From Candidatus Marinacidobacterales bacterium (GTDB taxonomy: Bacteria > Acidobacteriota > Vicinamibacteria > Marinacidobacterales > SMYC01), in NCBI GenBank assembly GCA_965237955.1, contig OZ250169.1, forward strand, positions 4,064,001 through 4,128,000: a stretch of 64,000 nt of DNA, written 5' to 3'. Every line of letters starts with the position of its first letter. The stretch's first letter is position 1. A model generated the notes under the pieces. That model saw only the letters and a list, made by a program, of their open reading frames with translations. It was not told the DNA's origin and did no database searches. The position numbers were made by a program, and so were the translations under genes. Below are positions 21,727 through 33,561 of this stretch, in pieces.

Positions 21727-22338
21727 ATGTCGTTCGAGATGTATTTGAAAATTCTCGCCCACCCGGTGTTCACGGGTCTGAACTTCCACATGCCGATGGT
21801 GGTGGATCTTTCGCATCCGCTCATCATGCTCAAAGGTGAGAACGGCTCGGGGAAGTCGACGCTTTTGCACTCACTGCACTACGCGCTCCAAGGCGAGCAA
21901 GTCGATGGCTACGTCTACCGGACCGAGCTCGCCGGCATCGATCCCGAAAACATCTACTTGTTCGATGCCGAGCAGCACAATCCCAGAAACCAGCTCCACT
22001 TGTTCGACGACCAGCCGGAGATGAAGGAGTTCCTCCAGATGGCGAGCCACGGACAAGTAATGCTGACGATGTTCAAGGACAGCTTCCCGAAGCTTCCAGA
22101 CAACACGGTGCTGCTCCTCGACGAGCCCGAGATGGCGCTCAGCCAGTCCAACCAGCGTCGGATATTGAAGATGCTGATGGAGCTCGTCGATCAGAAGAAC
22201 TTCCGGATCATCACCGCGACGCACTCTCCGGTCCTCCTCGAGGCTAAAGAGACGTACGTCATAGACTTAGACCGACACATCAACAGGAACGTCGTGCCCA
22301 CGGACATGGGGATCGAAGGGCAGAGCACGCTCCACTAG
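21727..22338 (+). CDS. Stand-alone ABC-type ATPase
   Basis: GENGSGKS, SHGQ, LLLDEPE, ATHS; no neighbouring permease. Confidence 0.85.
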   Translation: MSFEMYLKILAHPVFTGLNFHMPMVVDLSHPLIMLKGENGSGKSTLLHSLHYALQGEQVDGYVYRTELAGIDPENIYLFDAEQHNPRNQLHLFDDQPEMKEFLQMASHGQVMLTMFKDSFPKLPDNTVLLLDEPEMALSQSNQRRILKMLMELVDQKNFRIITATHSPVLLEAKETYVIDLDRHINRNVVPTDMGIEGQSTLH

Positions 22339-22548
22339 CAACTGGCGCGGAATCAATTACTTACAGCCAGGTCTGGTAGTATTTCCTGAGCCGTGAGAGG
22401 CGCCCGTTCACGCCCCGATCCGGCCCAAACACCACCGGAATTGGCTAATTCGTTGATAAGTGTTGGCTTAGGGCCGATTCTGCATCTATTCTCTAGCCTG
22501 GAATCCAACCGAGGGTTCCGCGCATTCCATCTACGTCGGAGAACCCCA

Positions 22549-24603
<2,055 letters not shown>

Positions 24604-24610
24604 ATCTGAG

Positions 24611-24649
24611 AAAAAGCCCGTCCCGTCTTCGACGGGGCGGGCTTTTTTT
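24611..24649. terminator. Bidirectional intrinsic terminator
   Basis: AAAAAGCCCGTCCCGTC-TTC-GACGGGGCGGGC-TTTTTTT between convergent genes. Confidence 0.9.
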
Positions 24650-24682
24650 GTTCACCCATCGGCCATCCGCCACGCCATCGGC

Positions 24683-25084
24683 TCACCAGCTTAGAATCGA
24701 CAGACCGGGTATTTTGGCGAAGCTTCGGGTGTCTCGCGTTGCGACGTCTAGGCCGCGCGATACGGCGGTTGAGGCGATTACCAGATCGTGCTGTCCGATG
24801 GCGACTCCTTTGGCGGCGAGCTTCGCCCAGAGGCGCGCGTGAACTCTGGCGGCGACGAGGTCGAAGGAGATCACCGGCAACGAGCTCAGGAGAGCCTCGA
24901 CGAACGCTTCCCTCCTTCCACGGCGAGCCTCGCTGCGCGCGCGGTGCACGCCGTGGAGGAGCTCGGAGACAGTCATCGCCGATAGCGCAAACTCTGTCTC
25001 CCGGTGCTCGTCCAGAATGCCGGCGAGATCGAGCGCGCCGCGTTCCGCGGCGATCAGGACACTCGAGTCGATCAGCGCTCCCAT
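24683..25084 (-). CDS. vapC: VapC-type PIN-domain toxin
   Basis: LIDSSVLIAAER, SELLHG, IGQHDLVIASTA, ATRD. Confidence 0.88.
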   Translation of the reverse strand: MGALIDSSVLIAAERGALDLAGILDEHRETEFALSAMTVSELLHGVHRARSEARRGRREAFVEALLSSLPVISFDLVAARVHARLWAKLAAKGVAIGQHDLVIASTAVSRGLDVATRDTRSFAKIPGLSILSW

Positions 25085-25306
25085 TTCGATTTGGGGAGCT
25101 TTTTCTGGGATCGCGTCAGTTCTTCCACGACCTCCAGGTAGTCCTCATCGACGGCGGGGAGCGAGCGTAGAAGCGCGACCAAATCCGCGCCGGTAAACCT
25201 CTCGCGGGCGCGGCAGGGCGGACCTCACAGATGCGCTCGCCGCCGCGCTCGATAATGAACGATTCGCCCCGATACTTCACTCGATTCATGACCTCGGAAA
25301 AGTGGT
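25072..25306 (-). pseudogene. Phd/YefM-type antitoxin, 5'-truncated and frameshifted
   Basis: FSEVMNRVKYRGESFIIERGG then, shifted, FTGADLVALLRSLPAVDEDYL. Stop overlaps the vapC start. Confidence 0.7.
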
Positions 25307-25348
25307 TCTCCTGTCGTTTCGGGGGATCTGATTTGTGTTGGAGGGCAT

Positions 25349-25661
25349 GGCCTATGGACGCTGCCGCGATTGTGGAAAACGCCGGAAACTCCGGGCGAGA
25401 GAGGCGTTTAGGGAAAGGTTGTGAGCACGTACAAACGTGGAGCGGCGTTTTCCATAATCGCTTGGAAAACGCTTCGCGTTTCCCACGAGCGCCCACAGGC
25501 CCCTCCTGATATATATACAAGAAAGATTAATTCATATGGAATAAGGAAGGGGGGGCTCGATTAGTGGAGGCTATGGAAAACGCCCTTCCAGGCTTCGAAG
25601 AGAACTCAGTCGTGAGCAAGGTCTGAACGACCAGAACCGTGGGGGCGTTTCCCACAGCCTC
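25349..25661. repeat. Nested inverted repeats on T(G/A)TGGAAAAC motifs with an AT-rich spacer
   Basis: Stems 25349-25362/25488-25501, 25366-25384/25443-25461, 25463-25472/25476-25485 and 25567-25585/25643-25661. Confidence 0.8.
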
Positions 25662-27022
25662 GTCTCCCGCTGAGGGGCAGTGGCATTTGGTGAGGCCCGT
25701 GGGTTGAGAGGGTAAGCCATGTGTAGATGCGCATCGGCGAGAACGCTAGAATCTTTTTTTCCGAAAGAGAAAAGAGCGTTCCCGCGATGCGCGTTACTAC
25801 GTTAGTCAACAAGCTCATCGGATTGCAAGGCCTGTGGGTCCGAGGTTTCCACTTCCAGGCGGACAAAGCCAGAGTGGTGGTGGATGTAGTACCACGGAGG
25901 AGGAAGCCTCTGTGCGGGATTTGCGGACGAAAGGTCCGCAAGAACAAAGATCGCTACAATCGCTACTGGCGGCACTTGGACCTGTTCGGAGTCCGGACCT
26001 ATCTTCGCTACTCGATCCGACGAGTAGTATGTCGGCGGTGTGGAGTGGTCAGAGAAAAGGTGCCTTGGGCCGACAAGGGAAGCCGCTTTACCAAAAGCTT
26101 CGAACAAGAGGTAGCGTGGCTGGCACAGAGGACGGACGTCAGCGCCGTAGCGAACTATTTCCGAGTGACGTGGCGTTCGGTGCGACGGATCATCCAGCGA
26201 GTGGTTGCCGAGCAGCGGGATGAGCGGCGCGAGCTCGATGGATTGCGGGTGATTGGGATGGACGAGATCAGCTACCGCAAACGCCACAAGTACTTAACAG
26301 TGGTAATAGACCATCTCAGCGGCCGGGTCGTCTGGGCGGGAAAGGAGCGCAAGGCCAAGACGCTGCTGCGGTTTTTCCGCAAGCTCGGACCACAAAGAGC
26401 CGCGGAGCTCGAAGCGGTCAGCATGGACATGTGGGAGCCGTACATAACTGTCGTCGGCAAAAAGGCTCCTCAGGCACGGGTGATCTTTGACCGCTTCCAC
26501 ATCGTCAAGCATCTGAACGAGGCCGTGGATAAGATCCGGCGCGAGCTGGTGCGCGAGCTCAAAGGGACTGCCCGGCGCAACCTCAAGAACACCAAGTTTC
26601 CCCTTCTCAAGGCCAAACACAACCGCAGCGCGAAAGACAAACGGGTGCTCCGCGAGCAGGTGCGAGCTAATCGTCGCCTCTACCGCGCCATGCTTCTGCG
26701 CGACGACTTCATGGACCTCTACACCTACAAAACCGAGACATGGGCCAAGAAGTTTCTCCGAGGATGGCTGCGGCGCGCTATGAGCTCGAGGATAGAGCCC
26801 GTCAAACGCGCGGCGAAGATGATCCGCAGCCACTTCGATGGCGTCATCGCGTGGGTCACGTGGAGACTCAGCAACGGCCGACTCGAAGGAATGAACAACA
26901 AAATCCGGCTGCTGAGCCACCGCAGCTTTGGACTCCACTCTGCCGAAGCTCTCATCAGTCTCGTCTACCTAAACTGTGGCGGTCTCACCCTCGAGAGGAT
27001 CCACTGAAATGGCAGGAGAGGC
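25662..27022 (+). mobile_element. ISL3-family insertion sequence, copy 1
   Basis: Right end CCACTGAAATGGCAGGAGAGGC. Candidate left IR GTCTCCCGCTGAGGGGCAGTGG is in register but only 11/22. No TSD found. Confidence 0.75.
25787..27007 (+). CDS. ISL3-family transposase
   Basis: CGICG..CRRCG zinc finger, IGMDE, VSMDM, FDRFHIVK, SNGRLEGMNNKIR. Confidence 0.95.
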   Translation: MRVTTLVNKLIGLQGLWVRGFHFQADKARVVVDVVPRRRKPLCGICGRKVRKNKDRYNRYWRHLDLFGVRTYLRYSIRRVVCRRCGVVREKVPWADKGSRFTKSFEQEVAWLAQRTDVSAVANYFRVTWRSVRRIIQRVVAEQRDERRELDGLRVIGMDEISYRKRHKYLTVVIDHLSGRVVWAGKERKAKTLLRFFRKLGPQRAAELEAVSMDMWEPYITVVGKKAPQARVIFDRFHIVKHLNEAVDKIRRELVRELKGTARRNLKNTKFPLLKAKHNRSAKDKRVLREQVRANRRLYRAMLLRDDFMDLYTYKTETWAKKFLRGWLRRAMSSRIEPVKRAAKMIRSHFDGVIAWVTWRLSNGRLEGMNNKIRLLSHRSFGLHSAEALISLVYLNCGGLTLERIH

Positions 27023-28293
27023 GAATCTTTTTTTCCGAAAGAGAAAAGAGCGTTCCCGCGATGCGCGTTACTACGTTAGTCAACAAGCTCATCGGATTGC
27101 AAGGCCTGTGGGTCCGAGGTTTCTACTTCCAGGCGGACAAAGCCAGAGTGGTGGTGGATGTAGTACCACGGAGGAGGAAGCCTCTGTGCGGGATTTGCGG
27201 ACGAAAGGTCCGCAAGAACAAAGATCGCTACAATCGCTACTGGCGGCACTTGGACCTGTTCGGAGTCCGGACCTATCTTCGCTACTCGATCCGACGAGTG
27301 GTATGTCAGCGGTGTGGAGTGGTCAGAGAAAAGGTGCCTTGGGCCGACAAGGGAAGCCGCTTTACCAAAAGCTTCGAACAAGAGGTAGCGTGGCTGGCAC
27401 AGAGGACGGACGTCAGCGCCGTAGCGAACTATTTCCGAGTGACGTGGCGTTCGGTGCGACGGATCATCCAGCGAGTGGTTGCCGAGCAGCGGGATGAGCG
27501 GCGCGAGCTCGATGGATTGCGGGTGATTGGGATGGACGAGATCAGCTACCGCAAACGCCACAAGTACTTAACAGTGGTAATAGACCATCTCAGCGGCCGG
27601 GTCGTCTGAGCGGGAAAGGAGCGCAAGGCCAAGACGCTGCTGCGGTTTTTCCGCAAGCTCGGACCACAAAGAGCCGCGGAGCTCGAAGCGGTCAGCATGG
27701 ACATGTGGGAGCCGTACATAACTGTCGTCGGCAAAAAGGCTCCTCAGGCACGGGTGATCTTTGACCGCTTCCACATCGTCAAGCATCTGAACGAGGCCGT
27801 GGATAAGACCCGGCGCGAGCTGGTGCGCGAGCTCAAAGGGACTGCCCGGCGCAACCTCAAGAACACCAAGTTTCCCCTTCTCAAGGCCAAACACAACCGC
27901 AGCGCGAAAGACAAACGGGTGCTCCGCGAGCAGGTGCGAGCTAATCGTCGCCTCTACCGCGCCATGCTTCTGCGCGACGACTTCATGGACCTCTACACCT
28001 ACAAAACCGAGACATGGGCCAAGAAGTTTCTCCGAGGATGGCTGCGGCGCGCTATGAGCTCGAGGATAGAGCCCGTCAAACGCGCGGCGAAGATGAGCAG
28101 CCACTTCGATGGCGTCATCGCGTGGGTCACGTGGAGACTCAGCAACGGCCGACTCGAAGGAATGAACAACAAAATCCGGCTGCTGAGCCACCGCAGCTTT
28201 GGACTCCACTCTGCCGAAGCTCTCATCAGTCTCGTCTACCTAAACTGTGGCGGTCTCACCCTCGAGAGGATCCACTGAAATGGCAGGAGAGGC
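27023..28293 (+). mobile_element. ISL3 copy 2, tandem, lacking the left end; transposase pseudogene
   Basis: Direct repeat of 25749-27022 with TGG>TGA at 27607-27609, a 3-bp deletion near 28095 and a few substitutions. Confidence 0.92.
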
Positions 28294-28505
28294 GGAAAAG
28301 TTACGCGAAGCCTCGGTCGCCGAGAGCGTCCGTTGAGACCCGTACTCCGGAGGCGTCTCCCGAACTCGGTCCACAAGGCGTTTCTTTGATTTCATATTAT
28401 CTGATTATATGATTTTACGCAAAAAGCGTCACGACGGCAAACTAAAACCCTCTCCCCCAGCTTGTGTGGGGAAAACGGCGTTCGTGGGGTTTTCCACACG
28501 TTTGA

Positions 28506-29592
28506 TGCCTTGGTGCACAACTCGCGATCTCGGTCCACAATTGTCCTTTACTCACGGATTCGAGGTTCCCCATGAGCATTTTCAAACGCACTCAGCGGAA
28601 GTATGTGAAGAAGGCCTATCGCGTGAGGAATTGGCGTGAATATGAGGCGGGTCTACGCAACCGTGGGAGCCTGACCGTCTGGATCTCGCTCACCGCCGGC
28701 AAGCTTGTGAACTGGGACGCGCCCCGGCCGAGGAGGAGGAAACCGGGCCGTCAACGCAAGTACTCGAACCACGCCATCGAGACGGCTGTCACCCTGGGCA
28801 TGGTGTTTCATCTGTCATCTAGGCAGAGCGAGGGATTGCTGCGATCGTTGTTCGCTCTGATGAAGCTAGACAATGATGTGCCCGATCACACCACGATCTC
28901 GAGGCGCAAGGCGAAGCTGGGTAAGGTCCCCTTCTACCAAGACAAGCAGAAGACGCCGTTGCACATCTTGATCGACAGCAGCGGTCTCGCTGTCCACGCC
29001 GGCCAGCTGCGCAGAGCACCAAAGAGCAGGGACTATCGCAAGCTCCATCTGTGTGTCGACGAGCAGAGTGGCGAAGTCGTCGCCGGCGAGCTGACGAGCA
29101 AAAGAGCCCGCGATTCATCGCGGGTTGCATCGCTTGTCGGACAGATCGACAGTCCCATCTCATCGGCCAGAGCTGACACCGCATACGACGCCGGCGGCGT
29201 CTATGAGGCGATCGAGAATCACAGCGCTCATTGCTCGCCGAGGGTGCTGATACCGCCGCGCAAGGGCGCCCAGCTCGCATCGGGGCCGGCGAGCAGCCGA
29301 CAGCGCAATCGCAACATTGCAGCACAAGCTCGGCTCGGCAAACGAAAGTGGCACACAGAATCGGGCTACAGCAAACGGAGCAAAGTCGAGACAACGTTCC
29401 ATCGCTACAAGGCTATCGTGGGCTCAGCGATGCGAGCGAGAGGGTTGGCGGCACAGAGAGTCGAGGCAAGGATCGGGTGCAAGATTCTCAACACCATGAC
29501 GGCGCTCGGGATGCCTGATAGCGAGATGATCGGATGATGGGAGTCGGGGCCAAGCGAGCTCTCGGCCTCTATCGGAGTTGTGCACCAAGGCA
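28506..29592 (+). mobile_element. IS5-family (IS903-like) element, copy A
   Basis: Perfect 18-bp terminal IR TGCCTTGGTGCACAACTC; 1087 bp; no TSD. Confidence 0.95.
28572..29537 (+). CDS. IS5-family transposase
   Basis: YRVRNWREYEAGLRNRGSLTVW, IDSSG, ADTAYD, YSKRSKVETTFHRYK. Confidence 0.95.
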   Translation: MSIFKRTQRKYVKKAYRVRNWREYEAGLRNRGSLTVWISLTAGKLVNWDAPRPRRRKPGRQRKYSNHAIETAVTLGMVFHLSSRQSEGLLRSLFALMKLDNDVPDHTTISRRKAKLGKVPFYQDKQKTPLHILIDSSGLAVHAGQLRRAPKSRDYRKLHLCVDEQSGEVVAGELTSKRARDSSRVASLVGQIDSPISSARADTAYDAGGVYEAIENHSAHCSPRVLIPPRKGAQLASGPASSRQRNRNIAAQARLGKRKWHTESGYSKRSKVETTFHRYKAIVGSAMRARGLAAQRVEARIGCKILNTMTALGMPDSEMIG

Positions 29593-29646
29593 CCGAAGTG
29601 TGGGCCCTCGACAACCTTTTGACGGGCGCGGTCGCCGACGCGAGCT

Positions 29647-31653
29647 CTACGAAGGAGACAAGAAGCTCTCCATAACCCAGAGCTCGAGGCGGGGAGCACC
29701 TGCGGTGAACGTAACGCGCCGGCCGTCGGGGTGGAGCCGCAGATCCCGGAGCTCGTCCATCGCGAGTCCCGTTGGCTGAGCCGCTCCTCCGTCCAGCGGG
29801 ATGCGCCAGACAGAGGCTTCTTCTTCGGCGCGTTTCCTAACGACGAGCAACGAGCCCTCTCCACCGAACGTCTGAATGTGGACGTCGTCTTGCTCCTGGA
29901 AGACAAGGCGCGGTGCACCCCCCTCCGACGGCATGACGTAGATCCGACCTTCCTTCTGGAAGGCGAGCGCTCGGCCACTCGGAGACAATGCGAAGTCGAA
30001 GATTCCGGCACCGTCGAGCTTTCGCTCGCTTCCCTTCTCGATGTCGTACCAGAGGAGCTCGCCGCGACGCGAAAACCAGAGGCGTTTTCCGTCCGGGCCG
30101 AGCTCGAAATCGGCCACGTCGCCAGCCAGCAAGCGCTCCGTCGCACCGGTGTCGACGTCGACGCCGTAGATCCCGGCCGCCCCATGTGCGGCATCCGCGT
30201 GGATTAGAATCCGGCGTCCATTCGGAGCCCAACGTGGGCGTCCGAGCTGTCGCAGATGGGGGACGAGCTCACGTTCCTCTCCGCTTTCGAGCGCGCGCAC
30301 AATGAGAGTCTGGAAGCCGGGAACGCCGGGAAGATAGCCTCGCTGTGAAACGTAGGCGAGGTATTTTCCGTCGCGCGATCAGTCGGAGTAGCCGGCGGCC
30401 CGCATGTGCCGCTCGTCCACGACCGTCGGCACCTTTTCGATGGCCCCGGACTTCGGATCCAGGGAGGCCAGATACACCTCACTCCCTCCGGCGCTGAACT
30501 GGTAATAATAGGCGCCGTCGCGGGTGAGTCCGAGAGGGCGGCATCGACCCATATCCTTTCGCACCACGACAGGAGTCCCCTGGGGCTCGCCCTCCCGCAT
30601 GGAGAGTGCAAACACACCGAAAGTACCCGCTCGATCGCTACCAAAAACGAGGGTCTCTCCGTCACGAGCCCAGAATGGATAGACGTCGTGCGCTCCGTGG
30701 GTGACGATGGCTCGATCCTGCCCGGTTTCCAGGTCGAGAAGGTAGACATCGCGATTCGAGGCATCGGTCGGCAAATCGTAAGCGAGATAGCGGTCGTCGG
30801 GCGAAAGACTCATGCCGAGTGGGAAACACTCCCCTAGATCTCTCACAACACGAAGCGCTCCGTCCTCGACCGAGACGAGCGCGATCCGGTTCGCGACGTC
30901 ACGGCCGGATAGACCGAGCAGAATCTCTCTCCCGCGCGATGACCAGTCCACGAGCTCGATGCTTGCTCCATCCTGGGGACGGAACAAGGTCCGCTTCTCC
31001 GAGCCATCGAGGCTCACGAGCCGGAGCTCCACCCGCTCCCCTTCAGATTCGACCCATGAATAGGCAACAGAACGGCCGTCGGGAGAAACGGTCGAGCGGT
31101 AGGCGAGCCCCTGCGACCCCTCCAGGGAGCCATCGCCGGTGAGAACCTGGGTTTGTTCGGTGACGAAGTCGAAGAGGGCCAGCTCCCCGGTGTCGTCGGT
31201 AAACGAGAGATAGCGGCCATCCGCGGACGGTCTTCCAAGAAACCGGTAGCTCGAGGGCTCGACCGACCGGCGCAGCACAAGCGACGACCGATCGGCGCCG
31301 ACCGGCGATATGGGTGCGGAGAGGCGATGTGAAGCGAGAACACCCAGAAAGAGCAGGACCGCTAGAACGAGAGCAGCGAGACGACGTCGGTCATGGACAA
31401 GTGTTTCGGGTTCCGCTTCGAGTGTGGTGCGCCGGCTCTCCCACCAGCCGTCGAGCTCACTCCGAAGGGCGTAGACACTGCCTGGTCTTCCGCGATGCTG
31501 GTGGTGGACGGGCATCCCCTCGCGCTTTTCCCAGATCTGCACGGTGCGCGTCGTACGGTCGAAATAGGCGGCGATCGCCTTCCAGGAGTCCAGACGGTCA
31601 GCGGCTGGTTCCGGTAACGGAGGCTCCTCGAGCTTCTGGGGTTTCCGAGCCAC
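29647..31653 (-). pseudogene. HTH - TM - PD40/TolB propeller protein with in-frame TGA at 30381-30379
   Basis: RLDSWKAIAAYFDRTTRTVQIWEKREGMPV N-domain, TM helix, SPDG repeats. The TGA replaces the W of a WSRDG repeat and the frame continues. Confidence 0.8.
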
Positions 31654-31700
31654 GGTGACCGATTCTAGATCGCCCGCGCTTCGGTTTGGAAACGCCGAGG

Positions 31701-31903
31701 GGCGTTGGTGCATGAATCAGTTCGCGACACGCACGGATCCTATTGGCGGCCCAACTTACTCCCCGACGATCGCTTGTGATTCAGGCTTGCCCAGCTCTGC
31801 CATTCGGTTCAATACATTGCACCCGATCCTTGCCTCCTGCTTTTGCGATTCGTAGCCGCGCGCACGAAGGCTGTTTCCGAGCGTGCGCTTGTACCTGAAG
31901 AAC
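31701..31903 (-). mobile_element. IS5-family right-end remnant
   Basis: FFRYKRTLGNSLRARGYESQKQEARIGCNVLNRMAELGKPES; end GGCGTTGGTGCA resembles the IR of copy A; shares about 30 bp with the remnant at 2177-2209. Confidence 0.8.
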
Positions 31904-31995
31904 CGTCCACTTCACCCGGGTGTGGCCAGAGGGCGCCGAGATCGTTTCCGTTCCCTGAACGCCACCTCCTCGAAGATCCGGTCGGGGCTGAACCT

Positions 31996-32023
31996 CATTA
32001 TACAGCATATATACTGTATAATG
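31996..32023. promoter_or_regulatory. Palindromic operator overlapping the hicAB -10 element
   Basis: CATTATACAG-CATATATA-CTGTATAATG; TATAAT at 32017-32022. Confidence 0.8.
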
Positions 32024-32029
32024 GATTTG

Positions 32030-32224
32030 GTGCCGATATCGGGGAAAGCGATTGTGAAGCGGCTGAAGCAGAACGGATGGACGGTCAAGAGCCAGTCCGG
32101 ATCTCACGTGAAGCTCGAAAACGAATTCGCAGCAATCGTCATCGTTCCGGTCCACGGCAACAAGGACCTCGGCAAAGGACTCGTCAAGAAAATCGAGAAG
32201 GAAACGGGAGTTAGGCTCATATGA
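32030..32224 (+). CDS. hicA: HicA-family mRNA interferase toxin
   Basis: ISGKAIVKRLKQNGW..GSHVKL..VPVHGNKDLGKG. Confidence 0.92.
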   Translation: MPISGKAIVKRLKQNGWTVKSQSGSHVKLENEFAAIVIVPVHGNKDLGKGLVKKIEKETGVRLI

Positions 32225-32646
32225 TTCGTTATCAAGCTCTTATCGAGAAGGATGGAATAAGCTACAGCGTCTCATTCCCGGACCTTCCCGGGTGCTTCTC
32301 CACCGGCGACACACGAGATGACGCCGCCGAGAACGCTCGCGAAGCGCTGAGCCTCTACCTGGAGGAAGCCCGAGACCCCAAGTGGAGCGTTCCGAAGCCA
32401 AAGTCCCGCAAGAGCAGGCGTTACGTCTGGATTCACCCATTTGTGGACGTCGCTGTCCCGCTCATGATCCGCCAGGCACGATTGTCCCGCGGACTGACGC
32501 AGAACCAACTTGCCAAGCGCCTAAAAATCACCCTCCAACAACTCCAGAAGCTGGAGACCCCCGGACGATCAAATCCAACCGTCAAGACGCTTGCTGCAAT
32601 CTCGGAGGCTCTAGAAGAGGCACTTCAAATTCGGCTAGTTGCGTGA
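32221..32646 (+). CDS. hicB: HicB-family antitoxin with C-terminal XRE HTH
   Basis: YSVSFPDLPGCFSTGDT..AREAL; RGLTQNQLAKRL..LE..NPT; ATGA overlap with hicA. Confidence 0.92.
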   Translation: MIRYQALIEKDGISYSVSFPDLPGCFSTGDTRDDAAENAREALSLYLEEARDPKWSVPKPKSRKSRRYVWIHPFVDVAVPLMIRQARLSRGLTQNQLAKRLKITLQQLQKLETPGRSNPTVKTLAAISEALEEALQIRLVA

Positions 32647-32789
32647 CCCCCACCATCGAGAAAATACGGAACTCCAGGATGCACTCGGCATGGCCAGGAT
32701 GAGCACATATCGTGGTAAGGCTGCGCCCCGAAGAAGGTATGGCGATCGCGAACGATCCGCAGTACGCCTTCGCTGTATCCGACGTGATT

Positions 32790-33300
32790 GTAGTCGGGCT
32801 CTGAGCGTCGTAGTCGAACGCAACGAGGTTGCCCTGGGCGTCCAATCCTCCACGTAACCTGAAGGTATAGGCGGGACCCTTCGTATCCCAGGCGGTCTCT
32901 TCGTCCCGCATCCACTGCACGCGAACCGGCCGGCCGATCTCTTTCGCCAGAAACGCGGCATCGAAGCCGACATCGTCTGCGGCCGTGCGTCCGTAGGCCT
33001 GAGGGCCTTCCATCCATACCACGCGCACCCGATCCCTTTCTATCCCAAGAAACTCAGCGACCCCGCGCCGCATGCCGTAGGATTTCATGTCGTTGGAGTA
33101 GATCGTCATCTGACCGTCGGACGGGTCGGCCAGGGCATGGGCTGGACCGAAGGCTGTATGCCCTTGGAAAGGGAAGTCGTATTCGGCTTCGACGACCGTC
33201 GCTGCGCTCTCGAGAGCCGCCTCCGGATTTCCCACCACATCCGGATCCCAGCTCGACATGGGCGTTGCGCCGCGCATGTACCCGTACAGCTCTTCGGATG
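32790..33300 (-). pseudogene. Internal fragment of a xanthine-dehydrogenase-family molybdopterin subunit
   Basis: VEAEYDFPFQGHTAFGPAHALAD..EGPQAYGR..GRPVRVQWMRDEE. Confidence 0.8.
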
Positions 33301-33345
33301 TCGGAAACGGCGCAGCCGCTGAGCTTCTCCCAATCTATTTTGAGT

Positions 33346-33558
33346 CGCCTCGAGCGAGCGTTGACGAAACAGCGTCAGCTCGTACTCGCTCATCGTGCCC
33401 TTGAGGCCGAGCAACAGTCGGTCGTTGCTCAAGCGCGGATCGTAGACGCCCTCGGGGTCGATGAGCAACGTTCCAACCAAGCCCCACAGATCGATCAGGT
33501 GATGCCAGTCGCGGTTGTTGCGTGCCAGACGTGACGCCTCCAAGCACAAGACCGCCCC
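33346..33558 (-). pseudogene. Large serine recombinase internal fragment
   Basis: GAVLCLEASRLARNNRDWHHL..YDPRLSNDRLLLGLKGTMSEYEL. Confidence 0.85.
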
Positions 33559-33561
33559 CAC

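Noticed and set aside
31996-32023. LexA/SOS box
   Set aside because: Arms read ACAG-N8-CTGT, the reverse of CTGT-N8-ACAG; the position fits a HicB operator.
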